Of a stretch of DNA of 64,000 nucleotides, positions 12,201 through 24,962 are shown one piece after another (within the stretch, counting starts at the first letter, position 1; the number at the start of each line of letters is the position of its first letter). The notes under the pieces were generated by a model that saw only the letters and a list, made by a program, of their open reading frames with translations, did no database searches and was not told the origin of the DNA. This DNA comes from Podarcis melisellensis (taxonomy: Eukaryota). The position numbers and the translations under genes are program-made. The stretch lies in assembly GCA_964234715.1 (NCBI GenBank), contig OZ174275.1. The stretch is one strand, 5' to 3'.

Positions 12201-13730
12201 CAAAATGCCTTACTAGCTATTTGTCTTTCCACACTGGATATGCTGGCGAATATCCAACATTGGTGCATATGCATTTTGTTGCTAAAGAATTGGCAGCAAT
12301 GAAGTCTGGAAAAACAGAGGAGGGCAACAGTTCCGGGCTCTTTCAGGCAAGTTGCATATATTTTAAGGGATCCACTCATTGTGCCTGAAGTCCTCAGCAC
12401 ATTTGTTTATTTGGACTATATGCAGGAAGGCAGGTCAGAGCTGTTTTGTTCACCATCATATTTCCGACTTTCCATTCGTTTAAATTGACTATTTGTAAGG
12501 CTAATCGGAATGTTGACGTCTTGCGCCTTCATTTCCTCTATCTGGATCATTTCTTTATCGGGCAGTTGTCCAACCCCTTCCACCTCTTTGCATGCTGAGC
12601 TGCAAGAAAGCTTTTCATCTTGAACGGGAGAAAGTTACAGATTCCGATGCAAGGCCAAAGTGGGAATAAAGCCTCCATGTAACCACTGACCTGAGGGCCT
12701 AAATGCAATTAAGTTATTAAATTGAGAAAAGCTTAATTAATGTTAGCAATAAAACAGAATGCCAGGAGCGTGGACTGAGTGGGAAAGAGCTGCTGGAGGA
12801 CTGAAGCTCACGTGCCTCTTGAGAAATGAAGGCAGGAGCAGCCTGTGCAAGCAGCAGCTGAAATTGTAGCAGCGGTGCTGCAAGCTGCTTGGTATTTTTT
12901 TTTTATGACAGGCCATAGCACATAAACATGGAGATGTGGCATTTCCCAGCCACACTGCCAATATATGGTCCTTTGAGAACGGGGAAGCGCTATAGCCTCC
13001 TTCATAAATAGAGAAGGTGAGACAGGCAAGTTCCTGACTCAGCAGCTGCAGGTGGGGGGGGCAGGGAGGCTTACGTGAAGGCCTGGACAATGTAGAAGCT
13101 GGAAGGTGAGATGCATAACAAGGAGGCTGGAGCCGTGGCCGATGGCAGTGGGGTGAAGTATTTCCAAGATGGGGGGCTGCACCCTCCACTAATGAGGAGC
13201 AGAATATACTGCTGTTTTCAGTAGAATGCATATTTCCTCTCCCTCAGGCACACTTCTAGTTAGGCCTGTGATTAAATAGACCTTGTGCTAACAATATCTC
13301 TTCCCGCCGCCGCCCCAATCTCTCCCTGTGGTAATTTCCCAAAGCCCTTTCCCTTCAAATGCTCACTTACATTGGATAAATGATTTTTCAAGTGCCGTTT
13401 CTCACCTGAGGACAGCAGACAGTTTGAAAAGGCCTCGAGCTCTCTGAAGGGAAAGAGGCGCAGAGATTCTTTTTCCCCATCAGAGTCACTGGCTAAGATG
13501 AAGTGGATTGTAAAGGAAAACGTTCTCTAGCAGTAATTGAACATAAATCCTTTGCAGGTAATACATAAACCATGAAAAATTCTCACCAATTACCTAGATT
13601 TAATCTGGACCTGGCTTGGAAAATCCCTGTGGGTTTCTCGTGCTTAAAAATGTCCAGATGCAGACAGTGAGCTTCCTTCTGTCCCAGACTCTCATGGTTG
13701 CCTCTCTCTCTCTTTCCTTTTGCGCTACAG

Positions 13731-14001
13731 CTCTCCCCTGGGTCTGAGGATGATGAGGGACATGACAGTGCCAGCCGAGAAAACCTGGGCCGGATCCAGT
13801 TTAGTGTTGGCTACAATTTCCAGGAATCCACCCTAACTGTCAAAATATTGAAAGCTCAAGAGCTACCAGCCAAGGATTTCAGTGGCACAAGTGACCCTTT
13901 CGTCAAAATTTACCTCCTACCAGATAAAAAAAATAAGCTGGAGACAAAGGTGAAAAGGAAGAATTTAAACCCACATTGGAATGAGACCTTTCTCTTTGAA
14001 G
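13731..14001 (+). CDS. SYT7: Synaptotagmin-7 coding exon (end of linker and first part of C2A): [31 protein letters not shown]...[10 protein letters not shown]
   Basis: Near-identical to recalled vertebrate SYT7. Polypyrimidine tract plus CAG ends at 13730; GTATGT donor at 14002. 271 nt, phase 0 to 1. Confidence 0.97.
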
Positions 14002-15609
14002 GTATGTAAAATGGTCCAGGTTTAGGGTGCTGGTTATGGAGGCCAAGAATTTGCTCTGGCTTCAGGCAAGTTACTTCACAAATCTGCCGCATGCCTCAGT
14101 TCTGTTACATGTGGTCATGTTTTCCTTCAATGTCTGATTTCAAGGGCAAGCAATGTTGGTGGTGGCATATAGCAAAAATGCAGTTGTGCAGAATACAGTA
14201 CTTGTAGCCAAACAGGAAAAGAGGATAACAGAGCACTAACCCATTTAATCCAGTGCCAGCCTTGTCCTGCAAACAGCTGGGGTCAGTTATCACACTTCAC
14301 ATAATAGGCTAGAAATACTTCAGCATATCTGCAGCTGCACATAGAGACTATTACATTTGAAAGCCACTCATTATACAGAGAGTCGTCACGCTCATGTCAC
14401 AGAAGCTTCCAAGAACACAGTACTTACATGAAGATTCTCCACTTGGTCAGGGTAGCCAAATGAAGAGTAACCTCCAAACGCCATCACATGAAGGCATCGC
14501 CACTGGTAATATGAAGCCGTGTACATATTCTGGGAATAGGCACCATCTACAGTGATACCATATTAGCGTCACTTCCCATGTTGCATTTTATTCATGGATA
14601 TGCATCTGAAACTATGGTCCTTTCCCAAAAATTATAATGTGGCAGAGATTATATCTGTGGCTATGTATGAATGGGACAAGGACATGCCCCAGACTGTGGG
14701 AGCAACTTCACATTCTTCTCTCTGCAAGAGTAAATACGGTTCTAAATCCTTCCTGCATGTGATTTTTGACATGAAAGCATCTTGTGGGCACACTCTTATC
14801 AGGTAGTACGAAAATGCCTGGGATGAGGAGCACTGCAAGACATTTCTCTCTCCTCAATGCATCTTTAAGGTGCCCTCTTTCACATGAATAAACCAGGAAG
14901 CAGTTCTAAGCAAACAGTCATTTTGACAAATGATGACTTTCAGACTGCACCAGTTCCTTGCACTGTTTTAAGATCACACAAGAATGAGAGGATGCAGACA
15001 TACCCTAAAGAAAATTGTGATCTGTCAAGTATGGCGTCAAGTCATACCATGGTCTATCTATTCCATGGAGCCAGTTTGTGCCACATAACATATCATTCTT
15101 CTGCTTTATCTACTGTCTTGCTTCCTGCCAAATCAGATCATGCCCTTAGTCCATCACATTTAATACTCGACCTCAGGGGAATGGCCAGAGCCTTACGCTA
15201 CCAGAGAGAGGCCAAAAGCCTTCACTAGTGATCTAAGTGCAGTGATGGATAAGGCTGGGATTCCTTCCTGGCCCTTATAGCAGCCAGCCAGTTCCCTGAA
15301 GCATTAGGTTTGATTGATGAAGTTGGATTACTACTCACTCATCTGGAATACCTACAAATGTTATTCAAGGCTGCAAGATTGCCCAGAAGCATGGGTTCCT
15401 TCACCCATGTATGGCCTGGGCCAGTCATGACCACTTCTCCATTGGCAACCTGAATACAGTGATAGATGCTATCTAATGTGGAAAAGACCTGCGCATGCAG
15501 CAGAATAACCGTTTTCACTTGCATCTAGGCTTAACATTGGGGCTCCCTTTACTGTGGTTGCCTGCATGTCGTCTCTCAGCTTTTCATCCGCTCCTTTTAC
15601 TTTTGGCAG

Positions 15610-15779
15610 GTTTCCCATATGAGAAAGTGGTTCAGCGGGTGCTCTATCTACAGGTTCTGGATTATGATCGGTTCAGTCGTAATGATCCCATTGGGGAGGT
15701 GTCCATTCCCCTCAACAAAGTGGACTTGACCCAGATGCAGACATTCTGGAAAGAACTAAAGCCCTGCAGTGATGGGAGT
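15610..15779 (+). CDS. SYT7: Synaptotagmin-7 coding exon (second part of C2A): (G)[30 protein letters not shown]...KPCSDGS
   Basis: ttttggcag acceptor and GTAAGA donor; the phase-1 join restores the GGT codon. Ca2+-loop motif DYDRFSRND is intact. Confidence 0.97.
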
Positions 15780-16027
15780 GTAAGATCCTTGCTTTGTTTT
15801 GAAACAGAGGGCTGATCCAGAATATCCAAGGTTGGCTCAGTGCATGCATGCATTGGGGGCTGGCCATATATGATTCCTAATTCCATGTGGAATGAGGAAA
15901 GCTGACTAGATCCTGAACAGTGTTGGGGTGATTTCTGTTCAAAGTTTACAGTGGGGAATTGGTGTGTGTGTGTGTGTGTGTGATGTTGCATAATAATTCC
16001 TCTATCTCTGCTAACTCTTCTCTGCAG

Positions 16028-16142
16028 GGAAGCCGAGGAGAGCTTCTCCTGTCACTTTGCTACAACCCTTCAGCTAACTCCATTGTTGTGAACATTATCA
16101 AAGCTCGGAATCTTAAAGCCATGGACATCGGGGGAACATCAG
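16028..16142 (+). CDS. SYT7: Synaptotagmin-7 coding exon (start of C2B): [38 protein letters not shown]
   Basis: tctctgcag acceptor and GTATGG donor; 115 nt, frame consistent with neighbouring exons. Confidence 0.97.
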
Positions 16143-19033
16143 GTATGGGGTTCCGTAGAAGCTCTTCTTACGCAGTGGCAAATAGTCTTAGATTTAAAGA
16201 TCTTACTTACTTTGCCAAACCTTTATTAGGCCTTACAATTTGGGCAATCATAAAACATCCATATAGTCTGGCACATTCAAATTACATCCATAATGTCTAT
16301 TGTTTCTGGGGATGTTTTAAATACCTGCCCTTGACAAAAGCTGAGGGGAAAACATTCAGTCGGGCTAACATAAAGGCCCTGCATTGAACTGGAGTTATTA
16401 ATTTTGAAATATAAGTGACCCTGTTGTCTGTTGTATTTAATCCCTAGAACTTGGGGGAGCAAGTTTTATTTACAGTTGATTCAATGCTTTGTATTCCAAT
16501 GACCCCTTATCTGGTTTGAATATTGCGATAAATATATTGCTCACCTGAATTATACAAGAGTTCCAAGTCAACACCAACAGATCTAATTTTGCTATGTAAG
16601 AATTGGAACCATCTGGATTTATAACAGTCCTTATGTAAGTCAGAAAGCAGACTTGAAGGTTGGCAATGAAAATGGCAACGCAACCAGTATTTTATAGTGC
16701 TAGGTCACATCCAATATTCCATTGTGTGTATACCTAGTTCCGCACACATCGTCTCATACTTGATTGAACTTGGGAGCCCCAGGATATGTCTCAAGAAACT
16801 TGAGTGTATCTTATCTAAATCACTATTATATGCTTGTATTCATATTGGGATCCCAAAAAGTAGCTGGGTCAACACTTTAGGTAAAAGACTTAAAGCAACC
16901 ACCAATGACCATTTCCTTAGAGTGCACTTATTGGTTTCAAATAAACCTGGCGAGAATCAGAAGCTATTTGATTTTCAGGTGTTGCTTGCTTGCATGCTTG
17001 GGGTCTCCTCCCAAAGGAGCCTGTCATGTGTTATGCCCATCATCCCCAGCTGACAGAGAGTGAAAGAACAAATGCCTTCAAACTGACCTGCCTCACCTCC
17101 TGGGTAGAGAAACTAGCATAGCCTACTTGACAAAAAACCAAGACAATGTGCAGATGAATATCTTCCTTGAATTTCTTCTGATCAGTGCTAGAAGATTTAT
17201 AGAGCTGTGTTTCTTAAACTGAGGTATACTTTTGATCCTACAATGGAAATAACAGAGCGTGCTACTGAAGAGAGAGTTTCTGCCTGATGCTGAAAGGGCA
17301 ACTCACATTTCAGTTTAATTTCTATATGTTAAGCAGGAAAGTCCTTCATCTTTTGTGTGCTCCATGTGATGGAGCCACCTTGCTGAAGCTAAGCAGCTCT
17401 GGGCCTGGCCAGGGTGGGAGGCTCTCTGAGAACTCACTGAGAAAAGAATTGTGGAATATTAGTGCAAACGGCTGCAGTGGGTTGGTAATCTGGGGCCTGA
17501 ATGTGACCCTCCAAGTCTCTCTTGTCTGGCCCTTGGGACTCTCTCGAGGCCACCACCTCACCTCAGACCAGTCCTCCTATGTACCCTTCCTTGAGAGTTT
17601 TTGCCTGGCTGGGATGAGCCCTTGATCTTTAATAATGCCTCTTGCTTGGATGGATGGATGATAGGGGTGTGCAAGTACAGAAACTACTGTACTGTACAAA
17701 AGTAAAAATGGTATTCATTGCTTTGCCCACTTTTGCATCTGACTTCCCCGCCCCCCAGCCATACACATAGGTCCTCTTCAGGCATGCATATGGCTTTGTT
17801 AAGTCCTGGCCAGTGTACAAAAAGTGGAAATCTGTAAAATATTTTCCTTACAGAGGGCATAAAGACAGACAATGGAGTGGTCTTGGAAGAACAAGTACAT
17901 CAGAATAGCAGTGCACATACCATTAGGTTTGAAAACTACTAGAAACTCTAGATGTTTCTTTGTTCTATAATGGGATTGAGATTTCCCTTATTATGGTCTG
18001 TACCAGAAGGACAAACTGCTTTCATTCTTTTTGCAGCTTGTAATGGGGGGAATATAAACATATTACTTTCTTGATTTCTTTTACATTTTTTAGTTCGAGG
18101 GTGGGATACCTCCACAAGCATGTAACACTGTGCAATGTAATAAAATGTTACCACAAGGTACTGTGATTGAATTATGTTTTATTGCTCTTAGATTTTATCT
18201 CACTTCTGCAGACTAAATATCTCATACATAAGACTACAGCATCTAATTACATTGTACCTAATGAGCAGCAAAAGCTTGCTTGATTATTCTCTCTTCTGCA
18301 TTGAGAAGAATGGAGTTTACAACTTCCATTTACTAGTGAGGAGGCAGGCTCTTTGTCCTGGAAAGCTCTGGAAGCAGAAAACCTGAATGTTTGACCTTGT
18401 TTTTTAAACATCCCATAAGCAGTGCTGCGCTGGAATGTGATGGTTAAGGAATGGTGGGAACTCCGGTTAAGAATAAACTTCTCAGCCTGAAGGGCCGGTT
18501 GTAGAAGTGTTGTCACCAGCTGTAAAGCTGCTGGTTGTAACAGACTGATATGGCTCTGCTGGTTACCAAGAGACCGCAAAACACCAGTATTGGCTGGTAT
18601 TTGAAGCCTCAAACATAGAACCGAGGACAGCATAGCCCATTCTGCATCAGAATTGGAAAGCTGATTGTAAGTGGCCATTGACAGAAATAACTGGGTGGAT
18701 TACTTGAATAAACTGGCATAAATGGCTTGGAAAGAACATTAACTGCAGGGCAGTTTAGACTGGGGCATGTAATTTAATAAGTGGCTCATTTCCCACGTGG
18801 AGGGCAAGTGAACAGCTGGAACCTTTCCATGTAAATAAAACTGAACCCTGTATTTTTGAAGCTGATGTAGGTACTTCTTTGGGGCAAAAAGAGACCAATG
18901 ATCCATTGCTACCCAGTTTTATAACACCTGGAGCCTGGGTACTGGGGTGCTCCTTCTGGGTACCTCTACAACTCCACCTCCCCTCCACAGGAGATTATGT
19001 TCCAGTGATGTTATCCTCTTTTTCCTGTGCCAG

Positions 19034-19233
19034 ACCCCTACGTGAAGGTGTGGCTGATGTACAAAGACAAACGGGTGGAGAAGAAGAAGACGGTAGTGAT
19101 GAAGCGGTGCCTGAACCCAGTCTTTAATGAGTCCTTCATCTTCGACATCCCCACAGAGAAGCTGAGGGAAACGACCATTATCATCACTGTCATGGATAAG
19201 GACAAGCTCAGCCGGAATGATGTCATTGGAAAG
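19034..19233 (+). CDS. SYT7: Synaptotagmin-7 coding exon (C2B core): (D)[34 protein letters not shown]...[14 protein letters not shown]
   Basis: tttcctgtgccag acceptor and GTGAGT donor; polybasic KKK stretch and DKDKLSRND loop; 200 nt. Confidence 0.97.
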
Positions 19234-19900
19234 GTGAGTTGTCCTCCCAGTCGAGAAGCTCCCGGAGCCCAGGACAAGGCCTTTCCAGCTGGGGTTGGCT
19301 GAATCTAGGCAGCAGGTCAGTGGACAGGGAGGTTGTTTCACACACAGCTGTGTATGGAGGACCACCAGTGACTGGAGCTTGTTTCTGTTCCTGTGTTTAT
19401 TTCTTCACAGATTTGTCCAGATAAGTAGATTAAAAATTAAACTTGAAAGGGAATATTGAAATCCATGCCCCCCCCCCGGGATCTGCTATGTTATCAAACC
19501 ATTTAGTAAAGTAAACAGAAATAAGAAATCAGTACAAACCACAAAGGCAGGGAGCATGTTTGCCCATCTGGATTTAAGTTTCAAATTCCTCACGGTTCCT
19601 CTTCAGTGATACCCATGAGTGCAGATGTCTTGTTAGTTGTACTATTAATTAGGCAGCGCCAGTAACATGCCAACATAGTGCATAGTAGCACTGGCAAAAG
19701 CATTAGTTAAAGAAGACATGTCCCTTCCTCCAAGGAGCATACAATCTAAATGCTAACCGTGTGGGGTACTTAAAGAGGAGGAAGGAGATGAGAAAGTCAA
19801 GAGAAATAAAGGATGAATGTGAGCAAATGTAGCTAACACCTACTGAGGCTTCATTTCTGTTGGGGATGAGCATTAAGCCAAAGGCCTTTTATACTGGAGA

Positions 19901-19924
19901 GGGAGGGAGGGAGGGAGGGAGGGA
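19901..19924 (+). repeat. (GGGA)6 microsatellite
   Basis: Directly visible. Confidence 0.9.
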
Positions 19925-20479
19925 GAAGGTATTGGCACCACATAGTTCTGGGAGAGAGTTCTAGGCAGCATGTTGTCTCCAATGTACTCATTCCATTAGC
20001 GCAAGGATTTCTCCTTGCACAACCAAATTTTCCTCCTCTCTTCTCTCTCCGCACACATCCTGTGCCCCCCCATCTTCTCTGAACTTGAGGGAACCCCTAA
20101 AATAAATTTGGGTGGGTTCAGCAAAGGAAGAGAGGAGGTTCTTGTGCTGACAGAACGTTCATGTAGTGCTGCTTTGGATATAGCCTATTAAGTTAATCAG
20201 AGGAGAATAGCCATAGCCATTTAAGAAAGCAGGAGGCTTTCAGGTTGCTAAAGGTGGTAGACTTAGAGGAGTGAAAGTTGCAGGCGAAGATATAATGAGA
20301 AATATGGGCAGAAAGGTAGCTGTTGGGGTAGAGAGTTGTGGCAAGGAGGGAGATGCCTCTTGCTTGCTTTAAGCTTCACCTATTCTAGAAAAACTGATGA
20401 TTTCATACAAGCGCAGAATGCTGGGGCCAGAAGTGGTTTTGTAATAGTCAGCGGGCAGGTCTGCTTCACATGAAAATAT

Positions 20480-21148
20480 TGTTACACACCACCTCAATCT
20501 CCAAGCAGTGAGAGATTCCAGGGGTACCAGGCGCACTTACCAGGACCTGTGTTTCCTTTTGGAAACGACAGCGGAATCTGTGGTGTCTTTAGGATATATG
20601 GTTTATTTACACATATGTACAACCTGCATCTGCGTGGAGAGTGCGCAAAGCATTTACATACCGAAAGGGTCCTGTTCCTCTCATTGCTACAGCTTCCGAT
20701 TTCAAGAGATCCCAAATATTGTGTCTGACCCTCCCTGCAGCATAAAACAGACTGCCTGCCTCGTACTCTGCCCCCATCGTCTCTGGCTTGCAAAACTGAC
20801 ACTTTTTTCCTGTTTTCTTATCTCATCATCCTCTGCAATTCTGCCCCTCCCTCCTTAAACTTTGACCTTTAGTCTCTGCTATCTTTCACCTTAGGGAGGG
20901 GCTTTCCCCATTTTCTCTCTGGCCCAGAGAGTCTCCGTTAATGACCTTCTTAAATGGGTTAATGACTCGGCCATTCTTGTGATTACCTCTTGATGGTTCT
21001 TCCACCAGGTAAAATTATTAGACATGATAAAATTGGTTTAAACTCCAGTCCCCACTAGGTTCTGAAATTTAGGGGTTTGCTTAAATTCTAACCTTTTACA
21101 GAATTCTGATATTTTAGGAGAGCCTATCCCCCCCTCAAACCTATAATA
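20480..21148 (-). mobile_element. Probable solo LTR
   Basis: Starts TGTTAC and ends CTATAATA (degenerate TG...CA termini); minus-strand AATAAA near 20602; locally more CpG. No clean TSD, and the right end abuts a MITE. Confidence 0.4.
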
Positions 21149-21151
21149 CTA

Positions 21152-21377
21152 CAGTGGTACTTTGGGTTAAGTACTTAATTCGTTCTGGAGGTCCGTTCTT
21201 AACCTGAAACTGTTCTTAACCTGAAGCACCACTTTAGCTAATGGGGCCTCCCGCTGCTGCTGCGCTGCAGGAGCACGATTTCTGTTCACATCCTGAAGCA
21301 AAGTTCTTAACCCAAGGTCCTATTTCTGGGTTAGCAGAGTCTGTAACCTGAAGCGTATGTAACCCGAGGTACCACTG
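21152..21377. mobile_element. Tc1/mariner-superfamily MITE, copy 1
   Basis: TA TSD; TIR CAGTGGTAC(C/T)T(C/T)GGGTTA; internal TAACCTGAA repeats; homologous to 34381-34598. Confidence 0.9.
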
Positions 21378-22548
21378 TATATATCTGGCCAGCAGAGAAA
21401 AAGCTAAGTACTCTCCTCCTACTCCATCACCACTTCTTTGCTCTAAATTGAAGCCTCCTGAGGGGGCTTTTCATTTTGAAAAATAAAATAAAATTGGGGA
21501 CTCGATTATATGCCTTTGTGTGTGGCATGCAATTTACCCCAAAGCAAGCCCAACTGTATTTAAACTGTGCCTGACAGATGTTTGTCTAACATTCACTTTG
21601 ACTTTTGAGACTGGAATGTGAAACACAGCGGCTGATCAATCAATGTGTTTCTGCCAGTAGGATTTTGGCGGTGCTACAGTTTCATTACCACTGGTTTTCT
21701 TCTGTCAAGGATTTCAGCTACGTTACCTTGGAATAGCAAGTTCCTTATGAAGTACTGAGAAAAAAACACCTAAGTATATAGGTGGATACATCATCAGCAC
21801 AATCTCGGCTGCATTTAAAGGTCTGACCTCAAAACCCCAAATCAGTCGTCAGAAAACTCAAATGCCTTGATCCTGACCTTTGTGAGTGCTCAGAAGCGAT
21901 CTGCCTTGTCTCACAAGCTGTCCCATTTTCATTTCACTGGAAAGAGCTGGTCCCGCCTCGATAGATAAATGAATAAACATACAGATCAACTCCTTTCTTT
22001 GAAATGAATGCGAAAACTCTTCTGGACAGGGTTCTTTTTGCAAGGCACACCTACACAGAAGAGTCTGTGAGAGAAAGTCCCACGAAAAAGAAGGGGGAAA
22101 CCACAAAGCACTTCCTGATAAAGAATTTATTTTGAAATCCGTTGGGCCCTTTTTTCAGTTAAAAAAATCCTGCCTTCAGTCTTTTCAAAATAAACTGCCC
22201 AAATTATCATTAAGACGAAGCTGCTTTCTCCCTCTTTCTTTTTTCTTTTTCCCTTTTGGTGCTGCCTCCCCCCTCCGCTTTCCTAGGCAGAGTTGTATGC
22301 ATTTGACCTCCCGTATCCAGAATAGATTGATGGATCCAGGCGAGATGCTGTGATTATGATAAATTATGCAAATTGAATACATTGTCATGTATCTACTTTG
22401 CAAGATTTATTCCTGTGGCAAATGTTGCAAGGGTCGAAGGATTTTTACCGGAAAGGAGAGTAGTGTAGGGTGCTGGGATAAAGTAGTGGTTGGAGATCAC
22501 AGGGGAGGGATATGTAAAGAGGAAATATTGTCCTTTAGGCCTTGGAAG

Positions 22549-22575
22549 CAGCAGCAGCAGCAGCAGCAGCAGCAG
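22549..22575 (+). repeat. (CAG)9 intronic trinucleotide repeat
   Basis: Directly visible; lies in the last SYT7 intron. Confidence 0.95.
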
Positions 22576-24759
22576 GCGCTTTCTCTGGCATCAACTGCTT
22601 TTCAGGGGAAGGTTCCTTATTTCTTTTTAACTTGTACAATTTCTAGGTCTTTCATGCAATTTATAAATAATAGATTGTATGATGATAATGAGACCTATAA
22701 ATGTACTTTCAGAAAATAAATAAAGCTGAACTCCTGACAGTTCTGAATTAGCTGCTCCTTGATTCTGCATAAAGAAGCCAGGTCCTCTTGTCTACCCCCT
22801 CAGAGTATAGCATCAGTTAAATTCCAGAGTATGAATATGTATCATTTGTTGCATAATTCCTGTGCAGGTTCTCTGACTCGTTTACAGCCAACATAAATCA
22901 CAACACAGGTGATCTGCCTTGTACGTCAATATTATCCAGATAAGGAGTTTCAGGATGATCTTGAGGTGGAATTCACATGGTGCAATTTACATGGAGAGGA
23001 CAGCACGTGGGAATGACCATGTACTCCACCTTCTCCACAATCATGCTTCCCCATCCTGCCAAACAGCTGAAGCATATTGTTTGGCAGGCAGTGGGGGGGG
23101 GAATGCAATTTACATGCAGAATATGCATGGTAATTTGCATGTGGGGAGTGGCTTGCTTGGGCTCCAGCTGCATTGAAGGTCTCCAGGGGACCAATGTGGG
23201 CCACAGTTTGCTCCCATGTGTTTTAAGGAAAAACTAAAAGAACAAAGGTTCCCATGTTCCCTGGCAAATATGCAAATGCAAGTAGATTGGACGTACCAGA
23301 TTAATGTAAATCTAGAACTGACCCTGTGTCTGTGCATCACAGGGTCTGACCCTGTGCATCCGTTTTTTTCTTCAACAGAGGTCTTTCTAATTGTACTGTT
23401 GCACAAAAGTTTATTCTGCTGCGCATTCAGTTCTAGCTTAACATATCTTCTAATAGTGCAGTGCTATGCATGTCCCAATGACTTGAATGGGACTCATTCC
23501 CAAGCAAGTGTGCATAGGATTGCAGCCCAAATTTGGAGAAATGTTCCAACTTGGTACCTTAACCACTAAGCTCCAAATGTATGCCAACTGAGTTAACAAT
23601 TAGACTAGCACAGGGAACAAGTTCTATGGCGTATACAAAACATTTTTGCTATCCTCATCCCTCTGGAGTACAGAACTTGCTTAGGATAAACTTGAATCTA
23701 ATGAAACACTATTCATAGTGAGGTATGAAATGAAAGTCTTGGATAATTGCAGAGCACTGTAGTATTTTGGCAGTAGTGAAACAGCTTTTATAATGAAACT
23801 TCTGGAAGAGAGAGATGAATGAGGATGCATAATGGCTTGGGTCTGGTAATCTTACCATTCTTACTCAGTTGAAGGCTTTGCTGGAGCTGTGTGCATAATT
23901 CTGGGCCTGCTTCTCTTATATGCATGGGCTCACACTGAACAGCTTAAGCTGCCTTATGCTAACTCAGCCCATCACACCCTCTGTTGGCTGACTGGCAACA
24001 GGTATCCAGGGTCTCAAGAAGACTTATTTCACATTACCAACTCCCTGAGGTGTTTGGGTAGAAACTCAGGCCTTGAATGCATTGTGTTCTCCAAGTGAAC
24101 AATGATTCTGTTCACAAATTTCTCGTCAGCTTGCAGTTCGGCTTATCACACAATTCTGTTTGGATGTCAGGGTAGAATTTAGGCCCAAACCAGACTTAAC
24201 ACGATCCATTGTTGCCCTGGTCAAGCAGTGCCCAAACCCAGTCTTCAATGAGCCCTTCTGATAAGTTCCAGATCAGTACCCTGTTTTGGAGCTGTGCACT
24301 GTGGTGCCATTGAAAGGCCTCGGGTTATATCTTTTTCTTCAAATGGATTTGTTGAGAATGTGGACTGAGTGGATCCAAGACCAGCTCAAGAAAATTTCTA
24401 CCTGAGGGGAAATAAAATTTGATGTTTCACCGTTTCATATTCAGAAGCTGACCTGGCTGGCAGTTGTATCTTACTTCCGCGCTGGTGATGTGAACAGCAT
24501 CTTACATGAGCCAGAGAATGGGGAGCGAGCTTAGCGGGTGCAGGGGCAGGTCACATGACAAACACAGGTCCATCCTCCAACATATTGGTGCTACTTCCCC
24601 ACACCAGAAACATCTGTTACCTGAGGCAGCCGCCTCACTTTGCCAATCTTGAGTGGATCCATGCAGAACTTGGCACACAGTGAAACCATTGTGTAATTCC
24701 TTTGCCACACACCCACATAACCCCACACATGCCTTGTCATGCTTCAGTCCCCTTCTAGC

Positions 24760-24962
24760 AGTTACTAGTTCTTATTACAGTATTATCATTAATTAAATTT
24801 CTTGTTATTGTTGTGATTATTAGTTGGTTAGTTAGTTGTTAGTTGTAGTGAGTTAGTTCTTGTTAGTTATTATTATTATTAATTAAATTTCTTGTTGCAA
24901 ATTTTTTTATTAGTTAGTTGTTATTAGTTAGTTGTTGTTAGTTATTATTATTAATTGAATTT
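24760..24962. repeat. Low-complexity T/A/G array with three copies of tattaatt(a/g)aatttct
   Basis: Units near 24785, 24875 and 24947, separated by (tag/ttg/tta)n. Confidence 0.8.

Noticed and set aside
1-13730. Searched for upstream SYT7 exons (transmembrane and linker, e.g. LPAGG...SEMLM)
   Set aside because: Not found by eye; they probably lie left of the window.
22366-22719. ORF with a polyglutamine run
   Set aside because: Intronic (CAG)9 with no splice or homology support.
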